Assembly: GCA_017415025.1 (NCBI GenBank)
Contig: JAFQJH010000009.1
Coordinates: forward strand, 23,570 to 87,569
DNA length: 64,000 bases
Direction: 5' to 3'
Source of the DNA: Clostridia bacterium
GTDB lineage: Bacteria > Bacillota > Clostridia > Oscillospirales > Acutalibacteraceae
The notes below the pieces were generated by a model. That model ran no database searches. It was not told the origin of the DNA and saw nothing but the letters and a program-made list of their open reading frames with translations. Of this stretch, positions 7,643-16,383 are shown piece after piece. The position numbers and the translations under genes are program-made. How positions within the stretch are numbered: position 1 is the stretch's first letter; the number at the start of each line of letters is the position of its first letter.

Positions 7643-8263
7643 GATAAATTGGGAGTTTGTCGTGCAAAGTCTTTGACTTTGCAATGATATATCCGCAATG
7701 CGGATATGATGAATGATGTTCGTTTCGCGAATGATGTGTTTGCGCAGCAAACATTAAGGGGCTGCGCCGCGATTATAAACGGCGGCAGCTAGCCACCGCC
7801 CTACCGCGCGAGTTTCATTTGAGGCGGTAGGGGCAGATATCATCTGCCCGCGGATTTTGATGTAATTCTTCGGGAGCATACTATGCTCCCCTACTGACAC
7901 TATCTTATTAAAATGCGTAGGGCGTGTCTCAAGAGCCACGCCCTTAGTTGGTTTAAAAATCTTCGGCACGTCGGCAAGCGCCGTGCCCTACGAAAACAAA
8001 TTTTAATCTGCTCGATAAATTGGGATTTGTCGATATCTTTTCAAAATTGAAACAAGCCAAAGACAAGCAACCTTCTCTGAAAGGGAAGGTGCCCGACAGG
8101 GCGGATGGGTGGAGCGTCAGCGACCAAAAAGTTCTTTGATATATCTTGTTTCCCTCGTTGCTTCGCAACGAACCCCTCAGTCACGACTTTGTCGTGCCAG
8201 CTCCCCTTTCAGGGGCGCCATTGTTCTACTGACTTTTTATTTTTCCCCGACAAATTAAATTTT
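7643..8263 (+). repeat. Mosaic intergenic repeat, copy A (GTAG-headed palindromic units plus mini-hairpin string)
   Basis: Shares long near-identical blocks with 34705..35265 and 37742..38010, and in inverted orientation with 56738..57255. Contains five GTAG/CTAC-headed palindromes at 7781-7804, 7827-7849, 7872-7894, 7917-7943 and 7965-7991. Confidence 0.9.
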
Positions 8264-8278
8264 GCAAAGTTTTTTCTC

Positions 8279-9301
8279 TTACTTTCTGTATTCAGATACA
8301 GAAAATGCAACATTTTCATTATCTCTGTACTCTTTGCGCGATATAAGTTTCATTCCTAAGTTATTGCAAATTTCATCAAGATTATTCAAATCACTATACA
8401 TTCTGCAATCCTTAAGAATTTTCAATGTTTCTTTTTCTGTAAATCCAAAGGGTTCTAAAATTCTGTATTGTCTCATAAATGCATTGTTTCTTGAAATAAC
8501 AACAAATCTTCCGTTATCTGCCAGCACTCTCGACACTTCTTTTAAAGTTTCAATTATTTCTCTTGATTCATCCAAACCGCAAACGGTACAAATTGTTTTA
8601 AAAGATTTATCCTTAAAAGGCAAATACCAAAAATTTGCACATACGGGAATAATTTTTTTCTTTTGATATCTTCCAATACCAAAAGCATTTCCCAGACAAT
8701 CAAAGCCTATATCAACAGTATACAATTCACAATCTTTCGGCATATACAATGCAACCGAAGCCGTTCCTCCACCCGCACCTGTTGCCAATTCCAATATTCT
8801 ATCGGTTTGTTCTTTACAAACTAATTTACCAAAGTAACGATATCTGTCCCAAAGAGGACCTTCTCCTTTTATTTTTGTTATTGTTCTTTTCTTACCTATG
8901 CTCTTCTTTGAAAATTTTTTAAAATCCTTTATTTGATTTTTAGTTACATTTCCGCTTTTGTCTCCTGTAATCCAGATATCTGTTTCTTTTTGCTTATACG
9001 AATCAAAAGCCTTCAGAATATTCTCTTTTGTTCCGTGTATTTCATTTATGTATTTGATATAAATCTCGTTACGATCAGCAACATTATCACTTTCTATTTC
9101 TTCATAAATCTTTGTAATTATATTACTATGTTCCCAAAAAATAATTTCAATCAGCTCACGACTCCAATCAGGGTTTGTCTTTTCGGGAAGCAAAATCGGA
9201 ACTCCTTTAATTACGGAATAGCTTTCTTTGCCATCCGTTGAAACAAGTTTATTTTTATTTAAACTCAATTTCTTATGGCTTTGAGGTGCAACAAAAATCA
9301 T
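8279..9301 (-). CDS. Class I SAM-dependent methyltransferase with Trm112-like N-terminal segment
   Basis: 340 aa. Motif I ILELATGAGGGT and N-terminal VIKGVPILLP. Very AT-rich compared with the neighbouring core genes. Confidence 0.7.
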   Translation of the reverse strand: MIFVAPQSHKKLSLNKNKLVSTDGKESYSVIKGVPILLPEKTNPDWSRELIEIIFWEHSNIITKIYEEIESDNVADRNEIYIKYINEIHGTKENILKAFDSYKQKETDIWITGDKSGNVTKNQIKDFKKFSKKSIGKKRTITKIKGEGPLWDRYRYFGKLVCKEQTDRILELATGAGGGTASVALYMPKDCELYTVDIGFDCLGNAFGIGRYQKKKIIPVCANFWYLPFKDKSFKTICTVCGLDESREIIETLKEVSRVLADNGRFVVISRNNAFMRQYRILEPFGFTEKETLKILKDCRMYSDLNNLDEICNNLGMKLISRKEYRDNENVAFSVSEYRK

Positions 9302-9418
9302 TTTAATTTCCCCTTGTGTATGGTGTCTTAAATTGATATATAATTATTTAACAAATTCCATTTTACAACTTGATTATATCTTTTTTCCTCACTTTTTTCA
9401 ACGATTAAATATATTCTC

Positions 9419-9447
9419 TTGAAATTTCGGCGGCTTACGTTTATAAT
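9419..9447 (+). promoter_or_regulatory. Sigma-A-type promoter upstream of ychF
   Basis: TTGAAA, 17 nt spacer, TATAAT. Confidence 0.5.
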
Positions 9448-9480
9448 GTTATAGTAATTTTTGAAAAAAGGAAGAAAAAT

Positions 9481-10575
9481 ATGAAGCTTGGTATAGTAGG
9501 TCTGCCGAACGTCGGCAAGAGCACGCTTTTTAACGCAATCACAAACGCAGGTGCACAGTCTGCAAACTATCCGTTCTGCACAATTGAGCCGAACGTCGGT
9601 GTTGTTGCAGTTCCCGACAGCAGAATTGACGCTCTCTGCGAGATGTATAACCCCGCAAAGGTTACTCCCGCAGTAATCGAATTTGTTGACATCGCAGGTC
9701 TTGTCCGCGGTGCATCAAAGGGTGAGGGTCTCGGCAACAAGTTCCTTTCACATATCCGTGAGGTTGACGCGGTTATCCACGTTGTTCGCTGCTTTGAAAA
9801 TGACGACATTATCCACGTTGACGGCAGCGTTGACCCTGCAAGAGATATTGAAACAATCAATCTCGAGCTTATTTTCTCCGATATCGAAATGGTTGAACGC
9901 CGTATCGACAGAACTTCAAAGGCTATGAAGGGCGACAAGAGCCTTGCAAAGGAGTATGAATTCCTTAAGGCACTCAAGGCTCACCTTGAAGAGGGCAAAT
10001 CCGCAAGAAGCATTGAATGTGACGACGATGAAAAAGCAATCATCGGTGATATTGCACTTCTCACCTCAAAGCCCGTTATCTACGCCTGCAATATGAGCGA
10101 GGACGACTTTGCAAACAGCATCCAGTCCAACGAAAGATTCAACGCGGTATGTAAGATTGCGGCGGAGGACGGCTCACAGGTGCTCCCCATCTGTGCCGAA
10201 ATGGAGGCAGAAATCGCGAGCCTTGACAAGGAAGAAAAGGAAATGTTCCTTTCTGACCTCGGCATTGAGCAGGGCGGTCTTGACCTTCTTATTCAGCGAA
10301 GCTACGACCTTCTCGGTCTTATCTCATACCTCACCGCAGGTACTCCCGAGGTTAGAGCCTGGACAATCAGAAAGGGCACAAAAGCTCCTCAGGCTGCAGG
10401 TAAAATCCACTCCGATTTTGAAAAGGGCTTTATCCGCGCAGAGGTTATCAGCTTTGAAAACCTTATGGAATGCGGCTCACTTGCGGCCGCAAGAGAGAAG
10501 GGACTTATCCGCTCCGAGGGTAAGGAATACGTTATGAAGGACGGCGACGTCGTTCACTTCCTTTTCAACGTTTAA
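9481..10575 (+). CDS. ychF: Ribosome-binding ATPase YchF
   Basis: MKLGIVGLPNVGKSTLFNAIT G1 motif. 364 aa with the TGS-like C-terminus typical of YchF/OLA1. Confidence 0.95.
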   Translation: MKLGIVGLPNVGKSTLFNAITNAGAQSANYPFCTIEPNVGVVAVPDSRIDALCEMYNPAKVTPAVIEFVDIAGLVRGASKGEGLGNKFLSHIREVDAVIHVVRCFENDDIIHVDGSVDPARDIETINLELIFSDIEMVERRIDRTSKAMKGDKSLAKEYEFLKALKAHLEEGKSARSIECDDDEKAIIGDIALLTSKPVIYACNMSEDDFANSIQSNERFNAVCKIAAEDGSQVLPICAEMEAEIASLDKEEKEMFLSDLGIEQGGLDLLIQRSYDLLGLISYLTAGTPEVRAWTIRKGTKAPQAAGKIHSDFEKGFIRAEVISFENLMECGSLAAAREKGLIRSEGKEYVMKDGDVVHFLFNV

Positions 10576-10622
10576 AATTTAATATAATTCCTGCAATATC
10601 TTAAAAAAATTTGCAATTTTAC

Positions 10623-10651
10623 TTGATATATAAGGTAAAATATATTATAAT
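10623..10651 (+). promoter_or_regulatory. Promoter for SRP RNA
   Basis: TTGATA, 17 nt spacer, TATAAT, about 25 nt upstream of the SRP RNA helix. Confidence 0.5.
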
Positions 10652-10677
10652 ATATGGGATATTGCAGGCGATTTATC

Positions 10678-10822
10678 GAAGCATTATTTCAGTCATGTGG
10701 TGTGTTGGTCCTGTGCGACGGGGTGCCACGAACCATGTCAGGCGGGGAACCGAGCAGCATTAAGAGGTTAACACCGTGCGACACAGTCCGGCCTGCGCAC
10801 CATATGACTGAGGTAATGCTTT
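10678..10822 (+). ncRNA. ffs: Signal recognition particle RNA (small/4.5S-like type)
   Basis: Long closing helix: GAAGCATTATTTCAGTCATGTGGTG pairs with CACCATATGACTGAGGTAATGCTT. Conserved domain IV-like core GTCAGGCGGGGAACCGAGCAGC. A T-run follows. Its position just upstream of dnaX matches the scr-dnaX arrangement in Bacillus. Confidence 0.75.
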
Positions 10823-10844
10823 TTATTTTTAGGGTGGTGATTTT

Positions 10845-12452
10845 TTGTACAGAGTTCTTTACCGTAAATGGAGACCGCAGACCTTTGCCGATGTTGTCGG
10901 TCAGGAGCATATAACCTATACTCTTGCCCACGAGGTCCAGTCAGGTAAGGTTTCCCACGCCTATCTTTTCACAGGCTCAAGAGGTACGGGTAAAACCACC
11001 TGTGCAAAAATTCTCGCAAAGGCGGCTAACTGCCTTAATCCCGTTGACGGTAACCCGTGTAACGAGTGCGCTGTATGTAAAGGTCTTGACGACGGCTCGA
11101 TTCTCGACGTTATCGAAATTGACGCAGCGAGCAACAACGGCGTTGACAACATCCGTGACCTTCGCGAAGAGGCTAACTACACACCCGTTCATACAAAATA
11201 CCGCGTTTACATCATCGACGAGGTTCATATGCTTTCAATCGGTGCGTTCAACGCCCTTCTGAAAACTCTTGAAGAGCCTCCCGCCCACGTTAAATTCATT
11301 CTCGCAACAACGGAAGTCCACAAGCTTCCCGCGACGATTCTTTCAAGATGTCAGAGATTTGATTTTCACCGTATCACACCTGAAAACATCACCTCGCGTC
11401 TTCGATATGTTGCAGAATGTGAAAATATCGACCTTGACGAAGATGCGGCACTCCTCATCGCAAGAATTGCAGACGGCGCAATGCGTGACGCTCTTTCAAT
11501 TCTTGACAGATGCTCTGGTATAACAAACCATGTCACGACCGAGGTTGTCAGCAATGCGGCAGGACTTGCCGGCAAGGATTATCTTTTTGAGCTCGTTGAC
11601 AATATTAACGAAAACAATCCGTCCGAGGTTCTCTCAATCGTTGCAAAGCTTCATAACGATTCGTGCGATATGGAAAGGCTCTGCACCGAGCTTATCAACC
11701 ATTACCGCAATCTTATGATAATCAAAACGGTCAAGGATCCGCAAAAGCTTATTGTCTGTACGGACATTGACCTTGAATCCTATAAAAAACAGGCCGATAA
11801 AACCACACTTTTTAAGGTTCTTTCGTGCATAACAACGCTCGAGGAATGTTCTGCAATGCTCAAATCCTCTTCAAGCAAGCGCACGGAAATGGAAATGAGC
11901 GTTATCAAGCTCTGCATCCCTGATATTTCGAGCGACAACACGGCAATTCTTTCAAGAATTGAACGTCTTGAAAATATGCTCAAGGACGGTAAAATCACCG
12001 TCAGCGCAAAAACCGAGACTAAACCGCAGGAAAAGCAGTCCGAAGCGCCTGCACCTGCTCCCGTTCAGGAGAAAAAAGAGGAAGCTCCCCTGCCTCCTCC
12101 CCCGCCGGAAGCTCCGACAGCTCCCGTTCAGGACACATCACCCGACGTTGACGTGCTTTTCACGGGCTGGGGTGAGGTGCTCGAAAAGCTCAACGTTACG
12201 GACAAGCCTCTGACAGGTATTCTCGGCTCGTCCTCGGCTTATATCAGAGGCGATTTTCTTCTTATCAAATGTGATAACCCCGTATTTTCACAGTTTATCC
12301 GTCAGGGAAATCACGCTAATGCAATTAAAACCGCAGTTTACGAGGTTACGGGAAGAAAATTCCGTCTCGGTATATATAAATCCGACGATTCAAAGGCAAA
12401 TTCAAACGATCCCCTCGCGGATCTCGTAAATAAAATAAATAATCTTCAATAA
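10845..12452 (+). CDS. dnaX: DNA polymerase III subunit gamma/tau
   Basis: TTG start after AGGGTGGTGA. MYRVLYRKWRPQTF and Walker A GSRGTGKTT. Pro-rich linker and tau C-terminal region. Confidence 0.95.
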   Translation: MYRVLYRKWRPQTFADVVGQEHITYTLAHEVQSGKVSHAYLFTGSRGTGKTTCAKILAKAANCLNPVDGNPCNECAVCKGLDDGSILDVIEIDAASNNGVDNIRDLREEANYTPVHTKYRVYIIDEVHMLSIGAFNALLKTLEEPPAHVKFILATTEVHKLPATILSRCQRFDFHRITPENITSRLRYVAECENIDLDEDAALLIARIADGAMRDALSILDRCSGITNHVTTEVVSNAAGLAGKDYLFELVDNINENNPSEVLSIVAKLHNDSCDMERLCTELINHYRNLMIIKTVKDPQKLIVCTDIDLESYKKQADKTTLFKVLSCITTLEECSAMLKSSSSKRTEMEMSVIKLCIPDISSDNTAILSRIERLENMLKDGKITVSAKTETKPQEKQSEAPAPAPVQEKKEEAPLPPPPPEAPTAPVQDTSPDVDVLFTGWGEVLEKLNVTDKPLTGILGSSSAYIRGDFLLIKCDNPVFSQFIRQGNHANAIKTAVYEVTGRKFRLGIYKSDDSKANSNDPLADLVNKINNLQ

Positions 12453-12469
12453 TGAAAGGATAAATTACA

Positions 12470-12802
12470 ATGAAAGCAAGAATTCCCAACGCTCCGAGTC
12501 AGGGCAATATGATGAAGCAGATCCAGAAAATGCAGGAGGATATGGAGAGAATCCAGGCTGAGGTTGAAGCAAGCGAATACACTGCTTCTGTCGGCGGCGG
12601 TGCAGTTGAAGTTACCGTCAACGGTTCACACGAGGTACTTTCCGTTAAAATGAAGCCCGAGGTTGTAGACCCCGAGGACATCGAAATGCTCGAGGACCTT
12701 CTTATTTCTGCTCTTAACGAGAGCATCCGCAAGGCTAATGATGCAATGTCACAGGGTATGGAAAAGGCAAAGGGCGGACTTTCAATCCCGGGTCTTTTCT
12801 GA
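12470..12802 (+). CDS. ybaB: Nucleoid-associated protein YbaB/EbfC
   Basis: 110 aa. MMKQIQKMQEDMERIQAEV, and lies in the dnaX-ybaB-recR synteny. Confidence 0.9.
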   Translation: MKARIPNAPSQGNMMKQIQKMQEDMERIQAEVEASEYTASVGGGAVEVTVNGSHEVLSVKMKPEVVDPEDIEMLEDLLISALNESIRKANDAMSQGMEKAKGGLSIPGLF

Positions 12803-13401
12803 TGGCAAGAAACGTAGTTCCGCTTGCTAATCTTATCGAGCAGTTTGAACGTCTGCCGGGTATCGGACATAAAAGTGCGCAGAAGCTCGCTTTTCATATT
12901 CTTAATATGACCGATGCCGAGGCAAAACGCTTTGCAGATACGATTATGCTCGCTCACGAAAAAATTCACCGTTGCTCTGTCTGCTGCGACCTTACCGATT
13001 CCGACCTGTGCAACATCTGTCTTGACGGTAAAAGAGACCGCTCGACAATCTGTGTGGTCGAAAATTCAAAGGACGTTATTGCAATTGAGCGCACGCACGA
13101 ATATAACGGAATGTATCACGTGCTTCACGGCTCAATTTCTCCGATGAACGGTATCGGCCCCGATGAAATCACAATCAAGGAGCTTCTCAACCGTCTTAAT
13201 AACGATGAGGTTCAGGAAATTATTATGGCGACAAATCCCACAGTTGAGGGCGAAGCGACAGCAATGTATATTTCAAGGCTTATAAAGCCGCTCGGTATCA
13301 AGGTTTCCCGTCTCGCTTACGGTGTTCCCGTTGGCGCCGACCTTGAATATGCCGATGAAATCACGCTCACGAGAGCTATTGAAGGAAGACAGGCTTTATA
13401 A
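12802..13401 (+). CDS. recR: Recombination protein RecR
   Basis: 199 aa. LPGIGHKSAQKLAFH helix-hairpin-helix, C4 zinc finger CSVCCDLTDSDLCNIC, and a Toprim domain. Confidence 0.95.
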   Translation: MARNVVPLANLIEQFERLPGIGHKSAQKLAFHILNMTDAEAKRFADTIMLAHEKIHRCSVCCDLTDSDLCNICLDGKRDRSTICVVENSKDVIAIERTHEYNGMYHVLHGSISPMNGIGPDEITIKELLNRLNNDEVQEIIMATNPTVEGEATAMYISRLIKPLGIKVSRLAYGVPVGADLEYADEITLTRAIEGRQAL

Positions 13402-13403
13402 AA

Positions 13404-13615
13404 ACTTCCACACTTTCTTCAACATTCTTTCCACAGCTTTCCACACTTTCAACAGCGATATATTTTTAACACTTTTTTCCACAAATTTTTCACAGCGGTA
13501 ATGTTGGAATTTTTTAAGAAAAAACCTTGATAATAAAAGGTTTCAGCAGTTTTCCATACTTTCAACATCCCCTACTGCTACTAATATAATATATATATAA
13601 TATAATTATTAAATT
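13404..13615 (+). other. oriC-like region: DnaA-box cluster plus AT-rich unwinding tract
   Basis: Six co-oriented TTTCCACA-type boxes at 13404-13412, 13427-13435, 13437-13445, 13475-13483, 13486-13494 and 13550-13558. An almost pure A/T tract follows at 13581-13615, immediately upstream of dnaN. Confidence 0.6.
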
Positions 13616-13636
13616 TCCCGAAGCGGAGGAATTAAA

Positions 13637-14758
13637 ATGAAATTTATCTGCGAAACAGCATCACTTTCAAGCGCTTGTCAGAACGTGCAGAGAGCAGTTT
13701 CTGCAAAGTCATCAATCCCGGGAACAGAGGGTATTCTTATCAAAGCTCAGGGTAATGAACTCAACCTTACCGGATATGACCTTGAGATTGGTATCAACAC
13801 TTCAATCTATGCTAAAATTGAAGAAGCCGGCTCAGTTGTGCTTAATGCAAAGGTGCTTTGCGAAATTCTTCGCCGTATTCCGAACCAGACGGTTACAATC
13901 GAATGTGACGAAAGAAATTTTGCCGTTATAAGAAGCGGTGATATCAAATACGAGATTATGGGCATTTCTGCCGAGGATTATCCCGAGCTTCCCACAGTTC
14001 AGGGCGGTTTTACAATAGATATCAACAGAAAAATGCTTTCAGAAATGGTAAAGCAGACTATTTTTGCCGTTGCCGTTACTGATTCAAAGGTAGTTTATAC
14101 AGGTATCAAGTTCGAAATTTCCGACGGTGAGCTCAAGCTTATTGCAGTTGACGGCTTCAGAATGGCTATCAGAACAGAAAAAATTGACTACCACGGCGAG
14201 GATATAACCTTCATTGTTCCCGCAAAGACAATGTCAGAAATTATCAAGCTTTCTGTTGAAGATGCAGATAACGAGGAAGGCGTTGTTTCACTCGGACTCG
14301 GCAGTCGTCATATTATTTTTGAAGTTAACGGATACAGCATAATTTCAAGACTTCTCGAGGGTGAATTTATCAACTATAAGTCAACAATCCCCGTTTCCGT
14401 TGCAACTACTGTTGAGGTTGATACAAGAAGTCTTATTGACAGTATCGAAAGAACATCGCTTATTATCACGGATAAGACAAAGAGCCTTATCAACTGCGTT
14501 TTTGATACAGATTTTATCAGAATTTCAAGTATTGCCGCTCTCGGTACTGCTAACGATAAGGTTGCTGCCGATATTGAAGGCAACAGAGTTGAAATCGGCT
14601 TTAACAACCGCTATCTTCTCGATGCACTCAGAGCCTGCAACACGGACAGAGTTAAAATTCAGCTCAACGGCGCAATTTCCCCGATTCTTATTCTTCCGAC
14701 AGAGGGTGAAAGCTTCATCTTCCTTGTTCTTCCTGTGAGGTTGAAGAAAAATGATTGA
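13637..14758 (+). CDS. dnaN: DNA polymerase III beta sliding clamp
   Basis: 373 aa, MKFICETASL..., three-domain clamp length, followed by yaaA-recF. Confidence 0.95.
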   Translation: MKFICETASLSSACQNVQRAVSAKSSIPGTEGILIKAQGNELNLTGYDLEIGINTSIYAKIEEAGSVVLNAKVLCEILRRIPNQTVTIECDERNFAVIRSGDIKYEIMGISAEDYPELPTVQGGFTIDINRKMLSEMVKQTIFAVAVTDSKVVYTGIKFEISDGELKLIAVDGFRMAIRTEKIDYHGEDITFIVPAKTMSEIIKLSVEDADNEEGVVSLGLGSRHIIFEVNGYSIISRLLEGEFINYKSTIPVSVATTVEVDTRSLIDSIERTSLIITDKTKSLINCVFDTDFIRISSIAALGTANDKVAADIEGNRVEIGFNNRYLLDALRACNTDRVKIQLNGAISPILILPTEGESFIFLVLPVRLKKND

Positions 14759-15002
14759 TAAGAGAAAAATAAGATTAAAAATCAAGGAAAAACCCGTTGT
14801 TCAGAAAAGTATTCACACGGAATTTATCCGTCTTGATGCGTTTTTAAAGCTTTGCGATGCCGTTCAGTCAGGCGGTCACGCAAAAATCGTTATTCAGGAC
14901 GGAGAAATCAAGGTAAATAACGAAATTTGCACCCAGAGAGGTAAAAAGCTTCATCCGGGTGACAGGGTTGAATTTGAAAATACGGTTTACGAGATAGTTT
15001 GA
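14751..15002 (+). CDS. yaaA: S4-domain RNA-binding protein YaaA
   Basis: 83 aa with an S4 fold signature (FIRLDAFLKL ... GGHAKIVIQDGEIKVNNE). Conserved dnaN-yaaA-recF position. Confidence 0.85.
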   Translation: MIDKRKIRLKIKEKPVVQKSIHTEFIRLDAFLKLCDAVQSGGHAKIVIQDGEIKVNNEICTQRGKKLHPGDRVEFENTVYEIV

Positions 15003-15003
15003 T

Positions 15004-16098
15004 ATGAATATAGAAAATCACGTAATAAAAAATTTCCGCAATATCGAGCATATAGAAATCGAACCCGTGAACGGAATCAACGTAATTTACGGCGAAAACG
15101 GTCACGGCAAGACTAATATTATCGAAAGTATATGGCTTTTCACGGGCTGTAACAGCTTCAGGACAAGAAAAAACACCGAGCTTATAAAAAAAGACTCGGA
15201 TTTTTCGGAAATTAATACGGATTTCTTCTCTTTTGACAGACCGCAGACGGCAAAGCTTGTTATCAGCAGTCAGAAAGAGGCTTATTTAAACGGCATCAAA
15301 CAAATCTCGCCGAGAAAATTTTTGGGAGAATTTCAGGCGGTGGTTTTTTCACCGTCTGTTCTTTCTGTTATAAAGGACGGCCCTTCCGAAAAGAGAAAGT
15401 TTCTTGATATCGCAATAAGCCTTGTAAAGCCGAATTACGCAGTTTTACTTTCAAAGTATAACAAGGCGGTATTTCAGCGTAACGCACTTTTAAAGCAGAT
15501 TAATCAGACCTCAAAGGGAGAAGATCTCCTCTTCGCCTTTGATGAGGAAATTGCACGCTACGGCGGAAGAATTATTGAATACCGTCTTAACTATATTGAA
15601 GATTTAAAAGAATTTTCGGCAGACGTTTACAGAGAAATTTCATCCGACCGCGAACAGATGGAAATTGCTTATATCAATTCTTTAAAGGAAACGGGCAATA
15701 ATGCCGGTGAATGGTCGGAGCTTCTTTATAACGAATGTGTAAAAAATCATAAGAAGGATGTTTTCCGCCTTGCTACGAGTGTCGGACCGCACAAGGATGA
15801 CCTAAATATTATGTTAAGCGGTATGGATGCGAGAAGCTACGGCTCACAGGGACAGCAGCGTTCCTGCGCTCTTTCACTTAAATTAAGCGAAGCATCAATT
15901 ATAAAAAAGTATTCGGGTGAACAGCCGATTGCTCTGCTTGATGACGTTATGAGCGAGCTTGACGGTAAAAGACAGAAATATCTTATAAAATATTTTGACG
16001 GCTGGCAGGTATTTGTCACCTGCTGTGACAGGTCGCATTTAAGAAAAATAAAATCGGATAAAACATTTAAAATAGCAGACGGAAAAGTAAAGAAATAG
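15004..16098 (+). CDS. recF: DNA replication/repair protein RecF
   Basis: Walker A GENGHGKTNIIE, signature SYGSQGQQRS, Walker B LLDDVMSELD. Confidence 0.95.
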   Translation: MNIENHVIKNFRNIEHIEIEPVNGINVIYGENGHGKTNIIESIWLFTGCNSFRTRKNTELIKKDSDFSEINTDFFSFDRPQTAKLVISSQKEAYLNGIKQISPRKFLGEFQAVVFSPSVLSVIKDGPSEKRKFLDIAISLVKPNYAVLLSKYNKAVFQRNALLKQINQTSKGEDLLFAFDEEIARYGGRIIEYRLNYIEDLKEFSADVYREISSDREQMEIAYINSLKETGNNAGEWSELLYNECVKNHKKDVFRLATSVGPHKDDLNIMLSGMDARSYGSQGQQRSCALSLKLSEASIIKKYSGEQPIALLDDVMSELDGKRQKYLIKYFDGWQVFVTCCDRSHLRKIKSDKTFKIADGKVKK

Positions 16099-16107
16099 GG
16101 TGATAAA

Positions 16108-16380
16108 ATGTTTTTGCATCTCGGTCAGGATACAATTATTACAACTGACGAAATAATCGGAATATTTGACCTTGATACGTCAACGGTTATGAAATCGACC
16201 AGAGATTTTTTATCAATGATGACAAAAGCAAAAAAGGTTGTTAATGTCAGCTACGAATTGCCGAAATCTTTTGTACTGACCTACGACGAAAAAACAAAAG
16301 AAAAAACGATGTATATCTCCCCTATCTCAAGTATGACCCTGCTCAAGAGAATTGAGAATGTTAATTATATTAAGGAATAA
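16108..16380 (+). CDS. remB: DUF370 protein (RemB/YaaB-like)
   Basis: 90 aa in the conserved post-recF position. IIGIFDLD and YISPISSMTLLKR are typical of DUF370. Confidence 0.8.
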   Translation: MFLHLGQDTIITTDEIIGIFDLDTSTVMKSTRDFLSMMTKAKKVVNVSYELPKSFVLTYDEKTKEKTMYISPISSMTLLKRIENVNYIKE

Positions 16381-16383
16381 GTT

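Noticed and set aside
7643-8263. Possibility that the repeat arrays are CRISPR arrays
   Set aside because: There is no single constant repeat of 24-40 nt alternating with unique spacers of regular length. The units differ in sequence, alternate in orientation and are individually palindromic with GTAG heads. No cas genes are in the window.
7754-8359. ORF-track entries 7754..7969(-), 7953..8168(-) and 8105..8359(+), which look like small hypothetical proteins
   Set aside because: They lie entirely in mosaic repeat copy A. The same nucleotide blocks recur in both orientations at three other loci, and substitutions preserve hairpins rather than a reading frame. None has a credible RBS.
10654-10931. 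ORFs 10654..10914(+) and 10689..10931(-)
   Set aside because: They overlap the SRP RNA hairpin and the dnaX RBS and start. The RNA gene and dnaX explain the region.
12072-12078. A6G run in dnaX as a possible programmed -1 frameshift site (as for E. coli gamma)
   Set aside because: The run is in the wrong register (AAA AAA G, not A AAA AAG). No stem-loop follows it, and the -1 frame stays open for about 45 further codons instead of terminating quickly. I found no evidence for a gamma-type product.
12499-12969. 156-aa minus-strand ORF spanning ybaB/recR. Similar antisense ORFs occur inside ychF, dnaX, mnmG, mrdA, the SEDS gene and the PBP gene.
   Set aside because: All of them lie opposite genes with unambiguous conserved motifs and show low-complexity or Ser/Arg/Leu-rich shadow-frame composition.
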